Positions 47,614 through 62,800 are shown, counted from the first letter of the stretch. The stretch is 64,000 nucleotides of DNA from Tubulanus polymorphus (GCF_964204645.1 NC_134027.1:20422560-20486559); one strand, 5' to 3'. Notes: generated by a model from the letters alone, not told the origin. A program made the numbers and translations.

Positions 47614-49243
47614 CTGCAGAGTGCGCAGGGGGCCGCTGCGGCCCCCTGCGCTCAATGGGTGCGCAGGGGGCCGGGTATTGTAAAGTGAGAACTGGTATAT
47701 GATGCTAGACGAAACGATGATTTTTTAGCAATAATGCAGAAATTTACAAGTAAATTTTAGTAAAACTATTAAAACGCGGCCCCTTGCGCACATATCCAGC
47801 AGAAGACAAGTTAAACTATTTACACTATTAAACCGCGGCCCCCATGCGCACCTATCTAGCAGAAAACAAGTAAAACTTAGTAAAACTATTAGTTCAGAAT
47901 CAAATAGAAATCTAGCGGCCCCCTGCGCACATATCCAGCAGTAGACAAGTAAAACTATGGTAAAACTATTAAGCCGCGGCCCCCTGCGCACCTATCCAGC
48001 AGAAGACAAGTAAAACTATTTACACTATTAAACCGCGGCCCCTTGCGCACATATCCAGCAGTAGACAAGTAAAACTTAGTAAAACTATTAAACCGCGGCC
48101 CCTTGCGCACATATCCAGCAGAAGACAAGTAAAACTATTAAAACAATTAAAACGCGGCCCCCTGCGCACATATCCAACAAGGTTTTTGGAGAAACTGTAT
48201 ACTAAATATTTTATGCTAAATCTTTCTTTTTTCTTATACTTCCTGAACAGATCGATTGAGGATTTCACGGATTGCTTGATAACAATTGTGTGTAAATATT
48301 CACAAAAGGCATACAGTTGATTGAAATAAAACAGCTTACCTGATTTCTCTCTGAGTTTTCCATTTCAAAATCCATTTTCCATCTCGAATCAAATATTCCA
48401 CAAAAAATCGTGAGCGTGCACGCACGTGAGTGGGAAGTGTGGTGGGTTAGAAGAAATTCACGTTTAAATAACAGGGTGCAGACGGTGGGTGGAGATTGTC
48501 CAACGTATATCAATGGCCAGACACACTTCGCTGATCTCAGTGACATCGCGAGTCTGTAGTTAGTGTGTCGGGAATAAACATAGTAAATTAGATAGTGGTG
48601 AGGTAGAAATTAGCAATCCGAAATTTTAACACCAACATATAGACAGCCATCTTTGGACTAGACTTTTATCTTTTATCTAATGTCAGTAAAATGAAAATTC
48701 TACTATGTAAACGTGTCACAATTAGTGTTTGCGGATTTATTATGAGCTGCAATGAAACTTCGCAACTCCTAATTTAATCCACTAAGGACTTAGTTTAAAA
48801 CTTAAACGTGTCACATGATTGTTGTGTAATATGTATATAGAAATGTATAGGCAAAGGCAAAACAAACGCGGCCCCCTGCGCGCCTCTCCAGCAGCAGCAG
48901 CAGCAGATAGATAAAAATTCACGCGGCCCCCTGCGCGCCTCTCCAGCAGCAGCAGCAGCAGATAGATAAAAATTCGTAGATTCGGCGGAGTATTTTGATA
49001 AATAATATATACTCTGTATACTGTTCTTAGTGTACCATTTTATGCGCATCTCGATGGTAAAATCATAAACTGGTTGATGGTGGTTATGCATTTGATTAAT
49101 TGGTAGAAGTAGGAGTAGTTTCATATCGCATACTACTATGTATATGTATTGCCGTTTCGTAAATAATATCGTGTGGTTTTCACTTTATTAAAGCGGCCCC
49201 CTGCGCGCGGCCTCCTGCGCACGGCCCCGTGCGCACTCTGCAG
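47614..49243. mobile_element. Non-autonomous TIR element with many internal GCGGCCCCCTGCGCA repeats
   Basis: Ends ctgcagagtgcgcagggggccg / cggccccgtgcgcactctgcag. A 58-70-bp unit tandem array at ~47760-48180. No TSD found. Confidence 0.65.
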
Positions 49244-49587
49244 TTTGATATGATTCTTATCACTGGTTCGAGATCCTGCTAAATCGCTGAATTAAGAATA
49301 AATTAAGGGGTAAGTTGTCATTTCTAGACTTTCATAGTTGAGATCAATGCGTATGAAATGACGATACCGCACATTGAGGCGCTGACAACTTTGCATAACG
49401 CTGAGTAAGGCTTTGAATACCGACCCAAGGCCAAGTTTTGTAACAGAATAAGGAAGTGGATATATTTTGCCAATGGCAATGCGGCATTATTTTAATAAAC
49501 GCTATTTTTCCAATTGGCTATATGTAATACGCTGTTGTAACCTGTATGTGATTGTACAGTAGAATTCTGACTTGCAATATTCACAGG

Positions 49588-50147
49588 GGTCATCCTTATT
49601 ACTGAGATGACGTAATTTACCTTCACCAAGAATCTTAGTGTCTACTCTGATGTACCACAGAACACAGGATCGTAGAGCAACGTAGATACACTGTGGAGAC
49701 AGCCACACTGCCAGGACTGGGTGAAAATTTACCGAGATCAACCGAGATAACATGAAATATAGCATATTTATTTGTTCCTTGTCGATTTTAACAATTGAAA
49801 TCATGTTATATCAGTAATAAATACCTTCTGGAGTCATATTTTACATATTTTTCTGGATATTTCGTAAAAAAAATTTTGACTTCAAATACGTAATCTCGGT
49901 TAGCAATAAAATTTCATTGAATTTGATTGATCGACGATCTCATTTCGGTAAAATTAAAAGTTATTTTCCTACAAAAATATCCGACAAAATATGTAAAATA
50001 TTACTCCAGCAGGCATTTATTACTGATATAATATGACTTCCAGTGTTAAAATCGATAAGGAATAAATAAATATGTTATATTTCATGTCATCTCGTTTGAT
50101 CTCGGTTCATCTCGGTAAAATACGTCATCTCGGTAATAAGGATGACT
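49588..50147. mobile_element. Foldback/Mutator-like MITE with long imperfect inverted repeats
   Basis: gtcatccttattactgagatgacgta vs tacgtcatctcggtaataaggatgac; inner ~160-bp arms; ttcacagg duplicated on both flanks. Confidence 0.7.
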
Positions 50148-50399
50148 GTTCACAGGGACTTGTCACAATTGATAGTGAATGAATATAGCGGTAACCAGTA
50201 TCAATGACCAACCCCAGTATCCCTGTATAATAAAAAGTTTTTTTATTTTAGATTTAGATTTAGTGTGGGTTTTCTGCATTTATCTACTGTATACATGGAT
50301 TATAGTGTTTATTCGACAACTAATAGTAAAGTTCCTCAGAGTATAGTAGTAAATGTATACACTATGTACAATATAGAGTATGTGTGCCCTATGATAGGT

Positions 50400-50720
50400 C
50401 GCAGAGGCCACGTTTGAAGTTTGAAGACCTCCACGGACGATGCTGAGATTATTTTCGGGGGGAGCGCATTCCAGTCTACTATTGTATGTGGCCAGAAGGA
50501 TATCTTACATCAGTTCGGCAATGGGGTTGTCTGAAGGTCGTGTCCTCGAGTATGCCTTGTTCGGTTGATTAGAATTCCAGGGTTGATGGCTGCTTGGCCA
50601 TCTATGGTTTTGTACATGAGCGTTAGCCGAGCGTCACGTCTACGTTTCTCCAGGGTGGGCCATTTCAGGAATTCTAGCATCTCGGATACATTGGAGGTGC
50701 TCCGTGATCGATTTAGGAGG
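50400..50720 (-). mobile_element. LINE ORF2 C-terminal fragment
   Basis: VSEMLEFLKWPTLEKRRRDARLTLMYK followed by a F.P.TIVDWNALP-like ending. Confidence 0.7.
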
Positions 50721-52342
50721 AATCTGGGTAAAGTGGGTGGGTATGAAACGCGGCCCCACATAACACGGCTACGGCTGATACCAACATTCTAAATCAATGA
50801 CGATATTCATTCATGATTTGTTTTTAGCGCACTTGGGACTTAAGTCCCGGCGGCCTATTGCGTTCACTTTTCGTCCATAGTCCGTTCGTCCTTCCGTCCG
50901 TCCGTAGACGGAATCCAGTTATTTTAGGAAGTTTTGAAGACGCTTCAATGTAATGTCTTGATACTTGGGTTACACATGTATCTACCCTAGACACATCTTC
51001 AGCCCAAAAACTGGCCCTGTCAGAATCAAGATGGCCGACTGGCAGCCATTGTTGTTCGCCAAAATCAACACTTTTTACACATTTTTTAACTTTTTGAGGG
51101 AAATTTTGAAGACGCTTTGATCAATTACCTTGATCTTTCGGATATAGCCTATGTGAATCCCCCAAGGCCCATCAGCATAATAAAAATTGGGTTGATCGGA
51201 CTCAAGATGGCTGTCCTATGACCTTTTTTAGTGCCCAAAAATGTCAATTTTGGCCGGAATTCTAGGTCCTGTAGCTTCCTACTGGTTTGACATTTCTCAT
51301 TGCAATTTGTGATGGGTATTCTTTGGAAAGGGATGTTTTATACCTGACACAGGTATTCTTGATCAGCCAATTATGACGCAAATGGCGGCCATCTCGGTGT
51401 CATCAGTACTCATTCGTAGGTGGGAAAAAGTTTTTCCACATTATATTGATACCTAAGCATATTGTGTTACTACAATCAATTGGAAAGTTGTAGCCCATGA
51501 CGTGTTCTATGATTTTGGTGAGTTTCAAGGTCATTGGTTATTGTATAGGGGGCCTATGGTCACCAGGGGGCGTTGAATCATATAAAAACTTAGTATTTCT
51601 ATATTATATTTGTACCTATGCATATTTTGTAACCACAATCAATTGCAAAGTTGTAGCTCATGACATCGTCTATGATTGTGGTAAGTTTTGAGGACATTAG
51701 TTATTCTATATGGTCACCAGGGGGTGTTGAATAATAGAATAACTTAGCATTTCCTTATTAGATTGGTACCTAGGCATATTTTGTTACCATGATCAATTGC
51801 AAAGTTGGAGTTCATGACATGTTCCATGATTGTGGTGAGTTTCAAGGTCATTGGGGACTGATCATTTAGTATGTACCCTCTTAGGGGAGAATGGGTAATT
51901 TATTAGAAATCCGTACAAAAGCATATGGGGGATGGGAGGGTGAGCTCAAGGCGTACATACTTGTGCACGTATGTACTTTGTGCAGGAAACACAATGTGTG
52001 ATGTTTACAAACATCCCTTATATTTGTTGTGATTTCCTGGGAATTCCCCACTCTCTGTCTTTCACTTCGTCAATACGTTCATTGGCGTTGGAGCTCTGAT
52101 AAATGGTGTTGAATTTTGTCTTTTTTGAACCATGGATCCGGAAAAGTTAACTTTTAAAGGGAGTCGGGTCAATTATAGAAGTTTACGCAAGGGGCATTAT
52201 AACAAAACGTACCGATAATGTACATGGGGAGGGGGGATTAATGATACCCTGGGGTCAAGCGTTCGTACTTTATGCACGGCCCCTTGCCTAGAATGAACCA
52301 AATCAATGCTGTGCGTTCACAGAGTTTTAGGATTTTAGTGTT

Positions 52343-52994
52343 AAGACTGGCTTATGTCGACAAGCAAAGCAACGCCTACCGACGCAACTAGGTTTATCAC
52401 CAATTAGGGGCAACTAGCGGCCTACATAAGGCAGCTATCAGTTCGACATAAGCCAGCTTGCCTACCGGCTCGTTACAAGCTGTATCAGGCTAGTTGCCCA
52501 TGTTCTACTCTGGCCTACGGTAGTTGCTTTCGATCGCAACCGACATAAGCTCATCTGCGACGCGACGGAACTGAGCGCAATGGTTCCAGCCAATAAGAGA
52601 CCGCATATACATAGTACAAATTATGACCGCTAGTTAGCGTCATTCGTAATTAGTCATAAACTTTCAAATTTAAGTATTTCTAAATGTAAACATAAAGATC
52701 TTAAAGAAATAGCTTTTCTAATAGAAACATATTTCCCAATAATTCAAAAAATCTAATTTATAAAATAAATCTAATTTATCCTGAAAATGCTCATCACGTG
52801 ACCATCTGAGCCGTTGCAGTTACCAGTAATCGTAACCGACATAAGCGGGGAAGCAACTGGGAGGATCTCGTATCCCGATAGTCGGCCTCAGTTGCTGCGA
52901 ATCGGAGCGCAGTCAACATAAGCTGGGCTGCGATCACAGTTGCTCTTAGTTGCGTCGGTAGGCATCGCATTGCTAGTGGACATAAGCCAGCCTT
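52343..52994. mobile_element. MITE with TIRs and internal gacataagc repeats
   Basis: aagactggcttatgtc ... gacataagccagcctt. Confidence 0.6.
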
Positions 52995-54613
52995 CGTATC
53001 ACTAGTCCAGCTAGATGCAACACTGTGATTGATGGGCAATTAAAGCAGTTTCTATTCATGCACAAACAGATGGTCTGTTCTAAACTTAGTCAAATCACGT
53101 GATATCGACAACGCATCCTATTGGTTGGATGAAAATCGACTATCCGGGCGATTGAATCAGCTGACGCTGTGAATGGCACTTTGATTTTTTTGGCGATTCA
53201 TGAATTTGCAGCGATCATGCGAAAAAATAGGCCCTCAAGTGCCTCTAAAAATGGAAAAAATGTGCCTCTACCTGACAATAAATAGACTGTCGACCGATAT
53301 GCGGTTATAATGCCAGAGGTAAAATTCCATAGGCAATGATGCCAAAGGTGAAAAAATGCACGGTATATTCGTATTTGAAAATAACCCGTATATTTTGATT
53401 TAATGCTAACGAAACTTTGGATTCGATTCATCATAAGAAAACTACCGCATGAAATCTTGATCTTGAACTATTCGTTTCATTGTTGATTTGATGTGATAGT
53501 TTGCAAGAAACTAGCAAACTATTATTTTAGGCCAAATTGTTGATTTGATATTATAAATTACAACAGGAAATTCATGGATCTTACATGAAACAATGAATTC
53601 ATTTTTCAATATCCAATAATCTAGAAATGCATGTTTGTTGCATCTGAATGTCATCTAGCATGAATATTTTAATATATTCCCATGTTTTGATTGCCCAAGT
53701 CTTGACTTTTTTATATAAAGTATTGATGATTCACTATAATCAATTATCTACAATATTATATTTAAACTGTACATTCAAATTACAATAAGCCTATGCAAAA
53801 TCTAGTGTAAATAAGATTATCATGTCCAATGTTATTGAATTCCCAGGTTTGCAAAATAAACTGTATTTCCTTCTGGCATTTTTACCTATGGAATGATTTT
53901 TCCTCTGGCATTTTTACCATTGGCATTATTTCCTAGATGGTATTTTTACCTCAGGCATTATTACCTGGATTCCTGTCAACCATTTATGAAGGCTTATGAG
54001 ACAACTGATGCAACTCTGCAGTACTTGTATCACAGGAAATTAAACATCGTGACTGCCATGATTTCATATTCTAATGGTGAATGTTTATTTGTGTCTAGTA
54101 GGCTAAAGCATTGTTTCACCAAAAACAAACAACAATTTAGGTTCCAGCAAATAATGATCAGTTACCTACTTTTTGTATAAATATCAAAAATATGTTGTAT
54201 TCTGACATAAGAAATCACATGCAATCTAACCTGCTTGGATGAAATTAATTCAGATTAATAGAAATCTGAACTCACATTCTACATTATTCAGCTCCGGGTT
54301 TTGAAAGGAAATATGAAACTCAGAAGGATATGATATTGACTTATGAATGATTATTTTTAGAAATGACAAATTTGACTTTGATATAGTATATGACATCTTT
54401 ATTAGGCCTAGAGTGGCATGTGTATAAGATATATATTCATTTTTGTTTGTTTACAATTATTTTAACACCCTGCCCTCATGGGCTTATACGTCACTACAAA
54501 TTACGGTTAAAAAAACTATTGTGGTACAGAATACCGGGTTAATTTATTTGTTGATGTCTTTTATATGAGGCCTCAGACACAAAATGATTTGACAATTTTG
54601 CATTAGATATATA

Positions 54614-54931
54614 AGCTGCGGTCACACGGAGACGATATGGCCCAGACACGGATCAGGCTCAAGCCTAATTAGAGAGCGCGTTCATACGCAAACCATTCAC
54701 TCGATACTAAGCAATGCTCAAACAAAGCGAAGTGGATCATTTCCGGTACTAGTTGCAATTCAAACGCAATCATTTGCCTGATGCTAAAATTTGGCTCAGG
54801 CCTGGTCCGACGTTTTTGGTCCGGCCAAATCTGGCCTGGGCCAAACAGGCGCGGGCCCATTAGGCACCTGTGTGAACAATTTTTCAGGGCCAAATTTGAC
54901 CCGGGCTAAAAATGCTTATGTGATCGAGGCT
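54614..54931. mobile_element. PIF/Harbinger-like MITE
   Basis: agctgcggtcaca ... tgtgatcgaggct with TA-rich flanks. Confidence 0.5.
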
Positions 54932-55320
54932 ATGAATTGCGCTGTTTGGCATGTCATGTTGTTTGACCAGTACCAAGTAGGCTAACCACATTTTTATGAA
55001 TTAATACCTTAATTCAAAACGAAAAATGATGCAATTTATCAACTCGACAATTTTAGAAGTTTACTGAGAATCAGTTGTCGCCGTTCTACTATGTACTTCA
55101 CATGTGAATGGAGATTATTGTGACTACTGAAACGAATCGACGTAAACTGTGTTTTCGTCCAATTCCACGATCAGCCGAAAGGTTGTACCTTCGCGCTGGT
55201 CGACCAGTTGATACCGTGCTTATGTTGTAGAGAGACTATTAAAGAGGTGTGCTCTGCTATCGGAAGCGATCCTTTGTCACACGTCTCTTAAAATCCGAAT
55301 CCAGACGAGGAGAATACTAA

Positions 55321-55813
55321 AGCCCGGCGCACACGGGCGACAGTTTCGAGCAATTCTCGAGCAACCGCCCGAATTGCTCGGCGTCTTAACGAAAAAATCG
55401 CTCGTCTGCGGCAAGGGGCGACAGCGATTGCTCGTTGTCGAAAGGAATTGCTCCGTGTCGTCCAATATCAAACATGTTTGATATTGGGCGATGGAAAATT
55501 GCTTGTCGCCGAGAAATTGCTCGGCGATCGCTCGGGAGTTGCCCGTGTGCGGTAGCTAGAGACACCAAGCGACAAGCGACTCATCAACTAGCCAATGAGA
55601 GAGCGAATAATTATCATGTGATTTAACCAAATACGGCACCAGTCGAGGCTGTAGCGTGGCCATCTTGACAAGTCACATGATACAGATGTTTGCCAGGAAA
55701 GATAATCGCTTGTCCATCTCCAGTTGTAGCACACGGGCGACACCAAGCGATCGGTTGCTTGCAAATCGGTCGCAGCAACAGGCGACTAAAAATTGCCTCG
55801 TGTGTGCCAGGCT
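55321..55813. mobile_element. PIF/Harbinger-like MITE with TAA TSD
   Basis: taa|agcccggcgcacacg ... cgtgtgtgccaggct|taa; central palindrome ccaatatcaaacatgtttgatattgg. Confidence 0.7.
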
Positions 55814-56569
55814 TAACTAGTATATTTTCGATGATCTGACGTGAATATTATTTATTTGATGTATGTCAAAGCTCACGACTCGCAGGTCGGCCCGGTTCTG
55901 ATCTATTCTGAACTAGACTGGACTTTGTGAACTCAAAAATGTTAATTAGATATTTATAAGTGATGACTAGAGTTGACATAAGCGTAAAACTGACATGTGA
56001 GAGAGTGCCAAACTTACAATATACTATTCAGAACTATGATGATATTAATTATCTTTCTCCAAAGTTGGTAATTACTAAATCAATAGAATATCTACTACAA
56101 TTGTTATTTTACTGATAATCATAAGATATACATCTGACATTGAAACTATAGTGTAAAATCCTCATTTCATAATACTACTCTTCTGAAACATAGTACTGAC
56201 AAAAGTTATGCATTTTTCATGTTCCCTCTCTCACCTGCACTGCAAAATGTTTGTGAAATGTGAAATTATGGCACAGGCGTAATTCTGTGACATCGGGAGA
56301 AATCCCATTAAAGAGATTTTTGTCAGCCAATGAATAATCTTTTAGTGACTGTAGATAATGGGTTCCTGGTTTTGACTTGGGCTCAGTCGCTACTTAAGTC
56401 CGAAAATAGGCGTCACGCTAAAGACTGGTCCCACGCCGTTAGGTAAGCTTTTCTGAGATGGTCTCATTCTGGTCTCAAGCCGCCCAAATGCGAGCTAATA
56501 TTGCGTCTGTCCCAGGCAAACTTTTCACTAAATCTATAACCCTTTCATTGAAATGTTGAAATTACAAGC

Positions 56570-56571
56570 AT

Positions 56572-56623
<52 letters not shown>
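56570..56623. repeat. (TA)n microsatellite
   Basis: Read directly from the sequence. Confidence 0.95.
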
Positions 56624-56627
<4 letters not shown>

Positions 56628-57569
56628 GATTCTGGATATTGCGGTGATCGTCCAAAACTGAAGCAGCGAATAAGGATTATTTTGATCGCTTTATTATCAA
56701 CACTGCTAACCGATACCTTTTTGGCTTTTTGTGACTGTGTGCTGTGCTCCTGTTTCCCGGAAAATTCTTCACGAAACACTGAAATTTTTTTGTGATCTGT
56801 ATGATGACAGCTGAATGATGTAATGTGGTAACACCGATAATATAACCATGATCATTAGGCGCGTTCACACGACGAAATTAAGACCGGTCTAAATTTGGTC
56901 CGGTCCAATTTAGACCATTCCAAATGAGACCGGTCTAGTTTAGACCCGTCTAATGATATGTGTCTTGCCTGGGGACGCTGCGGTAATGCACGGGATTCAA
57001 ACGCGCAACCTGGGTTTCGGAGATCGAATGCCCTAACCACTCGCCCGCACTGCTCGCTGTGAACACAGGTTTGTTTCATTGTTTCTCCCTTTGTGCGCCC
57101 AATAACGATAAGATTAAACATGAAAACGCGTAAACACTAAATATGTTGACTCGCTTAGTGCGCTTGGCATTATATATTTGATCGAAATAAATGTCTTTGG
57201 GTTGCTTTTTGTGTCAACAGATTCATTTAATTGCCGATGAATTATAAACTACTATCCGGTAATTGATTTGTTAAATAGATTAGAACATACAGTCATTCTC
57301 GTGGTGTAATCGCTAGGGGGCTACAGATAAAAGCATGTAATTCGATTTGGCAAGTTCATCCCGAAGTTCATGATGAGTTGATATAATACAGAGTAGCTGC
57401 TTTGTGTTTCGCTATCAATGGGAATATATGCATATTCATATGCGCGTTGGACTCACTGTTTCACTAACTTTAGTTGCCTATCACATCAGATTCAGCCGCT
57501 CTAGATATGCCATTTCACCCGGTGCTTGGCAACTAAAATCATCGTCATCCTCCGTGGGGACATCACAAG

Positions 57570-57910
57570 ACTGCCCCAGTCAGTGAGGAATGTGGCAAAA
57601 TCTTCTAGTCTGGTTCGAATCCCTGTGAGGGAGGTAGCAATCTCATACAATATCATCAGGTTCAGATCCTCTTGAGGGAGGAATATGGCAGAGTCTCATG
57701 GTGCATGAACTCGGTGAGGAAGGAATTCACCCTGTTGAAATCCCTGTAAAAGTATGTGGCAGGATCTCATGGTACCAATCAGGTTAAATTCCCTGTGAGG
57801 TAGGAATGCGGCAGAGTCTCATTGTCATTAGGTTCAAGTCCCTGTGAGTGAGGAAATCTAGCAGGCTCACGATATTTTCAGATCTTAGTGTAGGAGAAAT
57901 GTGGTAGGTC
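57570..57910 (+). repeat. Degenerate ~50-60-bp tandem repeat containing B-box-like GGTTCRARTCC
   Basis: ggttc.aatccctgtgag..aggaatgtggcag..tctc recurs about 6 times. Confidence 0.65.
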
Positions 57911-59429
57911 TTGTGATCTCAAGATTAAGATTTTTAAAGAACAATCTATTCATTATGATATTAATGATTCTCAATCCTTGAATTCAAAATTTAATAATCA
58001 TTTTTCAATTTCATCGTTAAATCAGGGTGGAGAAACTTGTCCACTTTGGAATAACTTATTGATTTCCTTCCCCTCTGCTCTTAACACATGTTTAATGCAC
58101 ATAATGTGTTGTGTTTAAAAAACAAATGGCCGATTCCCTGCTGTATTTGTAAATTGCGTATGCACTTCATGAATTGCCTCTAATGATGCTTTTATTCGCA
58201 GTATTTTTTTCCCACCTCCACTAAATTGTTTTACAAATATACAGTGTCAGCTTGACTGTTTTGACGCATTCCGCTATGCCCACACCCTTTTTCCTTGCAT
58301 AATGCTTTCGCAGTGTTGCCCCCACTCAAGCTTGTAGTCATAGTTGGGATCAATCATTGTAAATTTATATTCCAAAAAGTGGTTCCAAAAGATCTGAGTT
58401 ACGCAAGGTCTACTGTAAAAAGTCTTCATTTAGTTATTTTTTTGATTCCACGCTCTTTTCTAAAATTTGAATATCATTCTTATGTTACGGCAATGTCTGG
58501 TGAAATCAATCAAATATCCTTATGATCATTTAGATCTAAAAATGCCCTCTTTATTTGATGAATCAACGTTATTAAAACACTGTCAGGCCGTAAACATTGT
58601 AAATTTGGCTTCACTGAATCGTACGCCATTTTGATGAATTTTTGCTGAAGTTTTTTTTTTCTTGAATGAGTGATAGTTTACTCAGCATACACACACATGA
58701 TGTTGATAAACTGCTCATTAGCAATTCATTGGCATAACAAAATACAGTAGGTGGCGCCACGTGAGGGGCCGCAAAAGCCGTTGTTTTTAGGTAAACAATC
58801 GCCAATAGTTGAAAACACAAATTTATGCCAATTTATTTCTGAATGCAAATATTTTGCTGAACAAATTGATACATAATATTCACAGATCAATTGATTATTA
58901 ACGAAATCACAGACCAAAACGTTGCACGGAGAGCATGTGTGACCGACAGTAGTATCAGCTCTGGTGTTACATCTCTGGAGGGAAAAAAGACTGATTCTGT
59001 TAAGATGTTAAGTTGGGGGTGCCATAAAACGAACAATGAGCACGTTGGAATTGTATCGTATAACGACTCTTGCACTAGTAAAATGTCAAAGATTATCGAT
59101 GGGAATCATTTTATACATTTCAGTTTAAAGGATGGACGAGTGTTAATGATGGCGTAAAATTGTGTGTTGCTGCATTTGAATCCAGCGTCCGTGAGAACTT
59201 ATCGTCACTTCACGATTGCGTAATTTCCCCGACGTGCACTCGTAGTGGGAGATGGATTTATTGTACCCCGGATATCGAGGACAACAACGGCAACAAAAAT
59301 GACGAATTTCATCGCTGTATTTGTAGTAGTTCGGGTGCTTCTACCCCTGTTTCTGTTAGGAGGTACGTATTGTGTATGCGTCATTCTCCCGGGGAGTGAT
59401 TCAAACACGATTGCATTGAGTCTAGCATT

Positions 59430-59839
59430 AGCTGCGTTCACGCTAGATTCGGCGCTTACGAATTACCATACTTCGCTGGTGCTGTATTCACCAAACAGCC
59501 AGTTACGTTCACACTACATGTCGGCAATTCGGCACTTAGTAAGCCCAGTATAGTAGGCACCCAGTGTGCCTATAGAGGGGAGTGTAATTAGTGTTTAGTG
59601 TTTCTATTACCGGGATGTAAATTTGCGGCTAGCTAAGCGCCGAATCTGCATTCACACTACATAAAAAACGCGGTCAGCTCAGTTCCGTACTGAGATCGGG
59701 TTTTCGGCATTTGAATCGCATTCCGCGCTTAAAAAGCCGTGTATTTCAGTACGGAACTGAATAAGCCGCGAATAGGCCTTGAATAATTTCCTAGTGTGAA
59801 CGCTTAGTACCGTACTGAAATCCTAGTGTGAACGCAGCA
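59430..59839. mobile_element. PIF/Harbinger-like MITE
   Basis: gctgcgttcacgctag ... ctagtgtgaacgcagc. Confidence 0.6.
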
Positions 59840-62800
59840 TATGGTATGAAACCATATATACTTATATGAAGAAATATGAAAGATGTTACTGAGGGTGCTC
59901 CTGTTAATTCTGATAAATTTGAACATCGATGAAAGGTTACTGAAAAAAATTTTGATTTGTTACTGAAAGCACTTTTCAAACGTTGGCAGTCCAGTTTACT
60001 TTGTTTAACTCAGATTGATCTTTAGGGTTCACGGAAAACACAATTTTCATTCAATGTTCATATAATTTGAGAAATTATTAGATTCAGATCACACTAAGAT
60101 CCGATTCATTTGTCTGGGATTTTGGTCTTAAGAACACTTATGTCACATTATGAGGTCAAATCCATGATCATTTTGAACCGAAAGGCAAAGCTAATCATAC
60201 GATGTGCATATCACTGTTTATAAGCTACGACCTTTAGATTAGATCTTAGGCCTAAGTAAATTCAGGTCACATAAGAAATATAGAACATGTCCGATTGGCT
60301 TACGATCCGTGCTTGCAACTCGTCTGCGATCACTCTTTACGATTTTAAATCTTTATGATAAAAATTTGATGATGGGGGCGGATTTCATGCGACCTGAGCT
60401 AGGCCTAAATTAAATGTGGGATGAAATCCATCACAAAAGGAATCCACAATGCCATAATTGAAGGAGGAAGCCTCAATATTGAACACATTGATGGCCGCAT
60501 ATTTAGGCATGGTATTCTGCCATTTTCTGTTGTCATCGAGTTGTCTTTAGACTGAGCTTCTTGTCCACTCTGAAACATGAAATCATACGACAGTTTCCGT
60601 TTGATCGGAATCTTTAATAGATAGGGCCTAAACCCACATTTTAATTCAAATTCCTAATTTTCCGACAGTCGGTCACGCTGTTGGTGAACCATTGCCTTCT
60701 GATTTCTCAGAGATGACTGAAGCCCATTAGTCAGTCGGATGAAACACTTAAATCCGCGTCAACTGTTGATGAATGAAAAGAAGGAATGTGGCAGGGTCTC
60801 GGAAAATTTCTAATTGCTGAGAGACGGTGGGGTTGTACTGTTAAGTTGCTGTCACATAGTTTCCTATAGCTACGAACAATCAGGATTGCTCGTAGCTTAT
60901 AGTGACTTCAGTTGTGATGTAGAAACACCTCTTCGAACATATAGGCCTACTAGTACTATTTGCACCTAAGCAGACGCATTCCCAGCTATTTGTTTTACAC
61001 GTCCACATTTTTATTCATGCGATCTCGAAATAGTTACGCAGTTATCTTCAACCTCTCAGTAGTGATGAAATGAGGTAAATTGAGTTATTCATATTTATGG
61101 GACACATCATTCGTACTGGGAGGTGATAACTAAGGAATCTTTCCTAAATCAAGTTAAATAGGCAATACCTTGATTTGCCTCGAAAATGATATTCTTATAT
61201 GAATGTATCAGTTTCAAGGCCAGGGAATGTCAGGATATTTTGATGGTTGTGGCTACATCCTATCTAACCAAGCCAGGCTATACAGAGAGTTTCATAAAAA
61301 ACAAGACCCACAGAAAATGGCCCATAACTTCAGTTGAAGACAGATATAAAGCCAAATTTTAGGAGGATTTTGGAAAGCTACAGACAAAAAATAATTGATG
61401 TGTGATGAACAGATAGGGAGAAACCGAGTGTGACTAAACTCGGTCCAATCTCTACTGGTGCAAAGCTGACCACAAGCGATTTGAAAACAGAATCAACAGG
61501 ATACATTAATTGATTGATCAAATTTTGCATTATGAACTTATTCATATGAACTCAAAATATTCTGGCAACATTACTGCTTAGATTTCAGCTGGTCACTCAG
61601 ATATTATTCAACAAGATATCATTAGCAGTGCATTTCCTGTATCCTTTTATCAGGAAAAACGTTAATTGAATCACATCTGAGTATTTCAAGTAGCATGAAT
61701 TACTAGATGTATCAGGTCATCTGTTAAAAAACAACTGTGACACTTGGTTACTCTGTGATGAATTGATACGGCCTGTTTCCTGTTGGTTCTATTATCATGT
61801 GGTCAGCTTTGTGGAAGCTGATATTTGTTAGTGCTCAGTCACGCTCTGTTTCTCCCTACCGGTTTGTAGCACACCAATTTCATTCTGTGGGTAGCTACCC
61901 AACCTCCCGATCTACTATCACCTAGAAAATTTGTTTTCATGGGCTTGCATGCTTGCAAGCCCATATTGCTATTACACGGATTGATAACTTGCTTGGGAGT
62001 CGATTACTTTCGTTAGAACCTTTCTTGGGCTCTGATATTTACACACATTTAATGCAGTAACCAAATCTAGGTTCCTTTCGTATATTGGCTATAACGGTTG
62101 TCGTTTTCATTGTTTTATGATTTTATTTGATCGTTTTCGTTATTTCAGCAGCGCATACCAACCTCGGTTGAGCGTGCGTGGTCAGTCTTGAAATTGGTAT
62201 TTATGCGCGGCATAGTGCTGCCGGCAATTCAATTAATTCTTTATTGACACAAAATTTGACAATGAAACATTTACTTTCAAGTTTAAAAAAAATTCTTTGA
62301 ATTTTCTTTTTACTTTCATTGGGTGCTTGCGTTAGCAGCCATTTGTAAAATCTCTGTATGAACATTTATATTTTTCAGTTAAAATATCTAAAACTTAAAA
62401 ACCGCTCTTCTGTAAAATAAATTCTGAATTGAATTGAAGACTGGTTCCCTGTCTCTTCAAAGAGCCAGGGGGCGGTAGCCTATGGTAGCAATAAACTTTA
62501 TCGGATGATCGTAGTGGATTTTCATTTGAAGGAAATGTAACTTAACCTTGCTTAATGTCTTTATTATTTAAAAAAAAAATGGTGGCTCTTATCTATTTTC
62601 GTGTTCGCTTCTCTTCACCTGAAGTCACTCGAGTTAGTCACGTTTTTTCTTTCAGCTGTAAATTTTTCTATGCAAAATCATTTCCACAATCCGATAAGTA
62701 ATCTAGCAATTATCAACACAATGATAGATTCTGTTAAGACACTGGAATATTCAAATAACAACTATCCAAAAGCTTGCACTAACTTGGTCCGCGTCTACAA

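Noticed and set aside
47725-48268. Repetitive Cys/Leu-rich ORFs
   Set aside because: Translation of the internal tandem repeats of a TIR element.
57600-57640. tRNA gene (GGTTCGAATCCC)
   Set aside because: No cloverleaf or A-box context; part of a tandem repeat.
58000-59160. Possible decayed transposase on the minus strand
   Set aside because: No diagnostic motif could be recognised with confidence.
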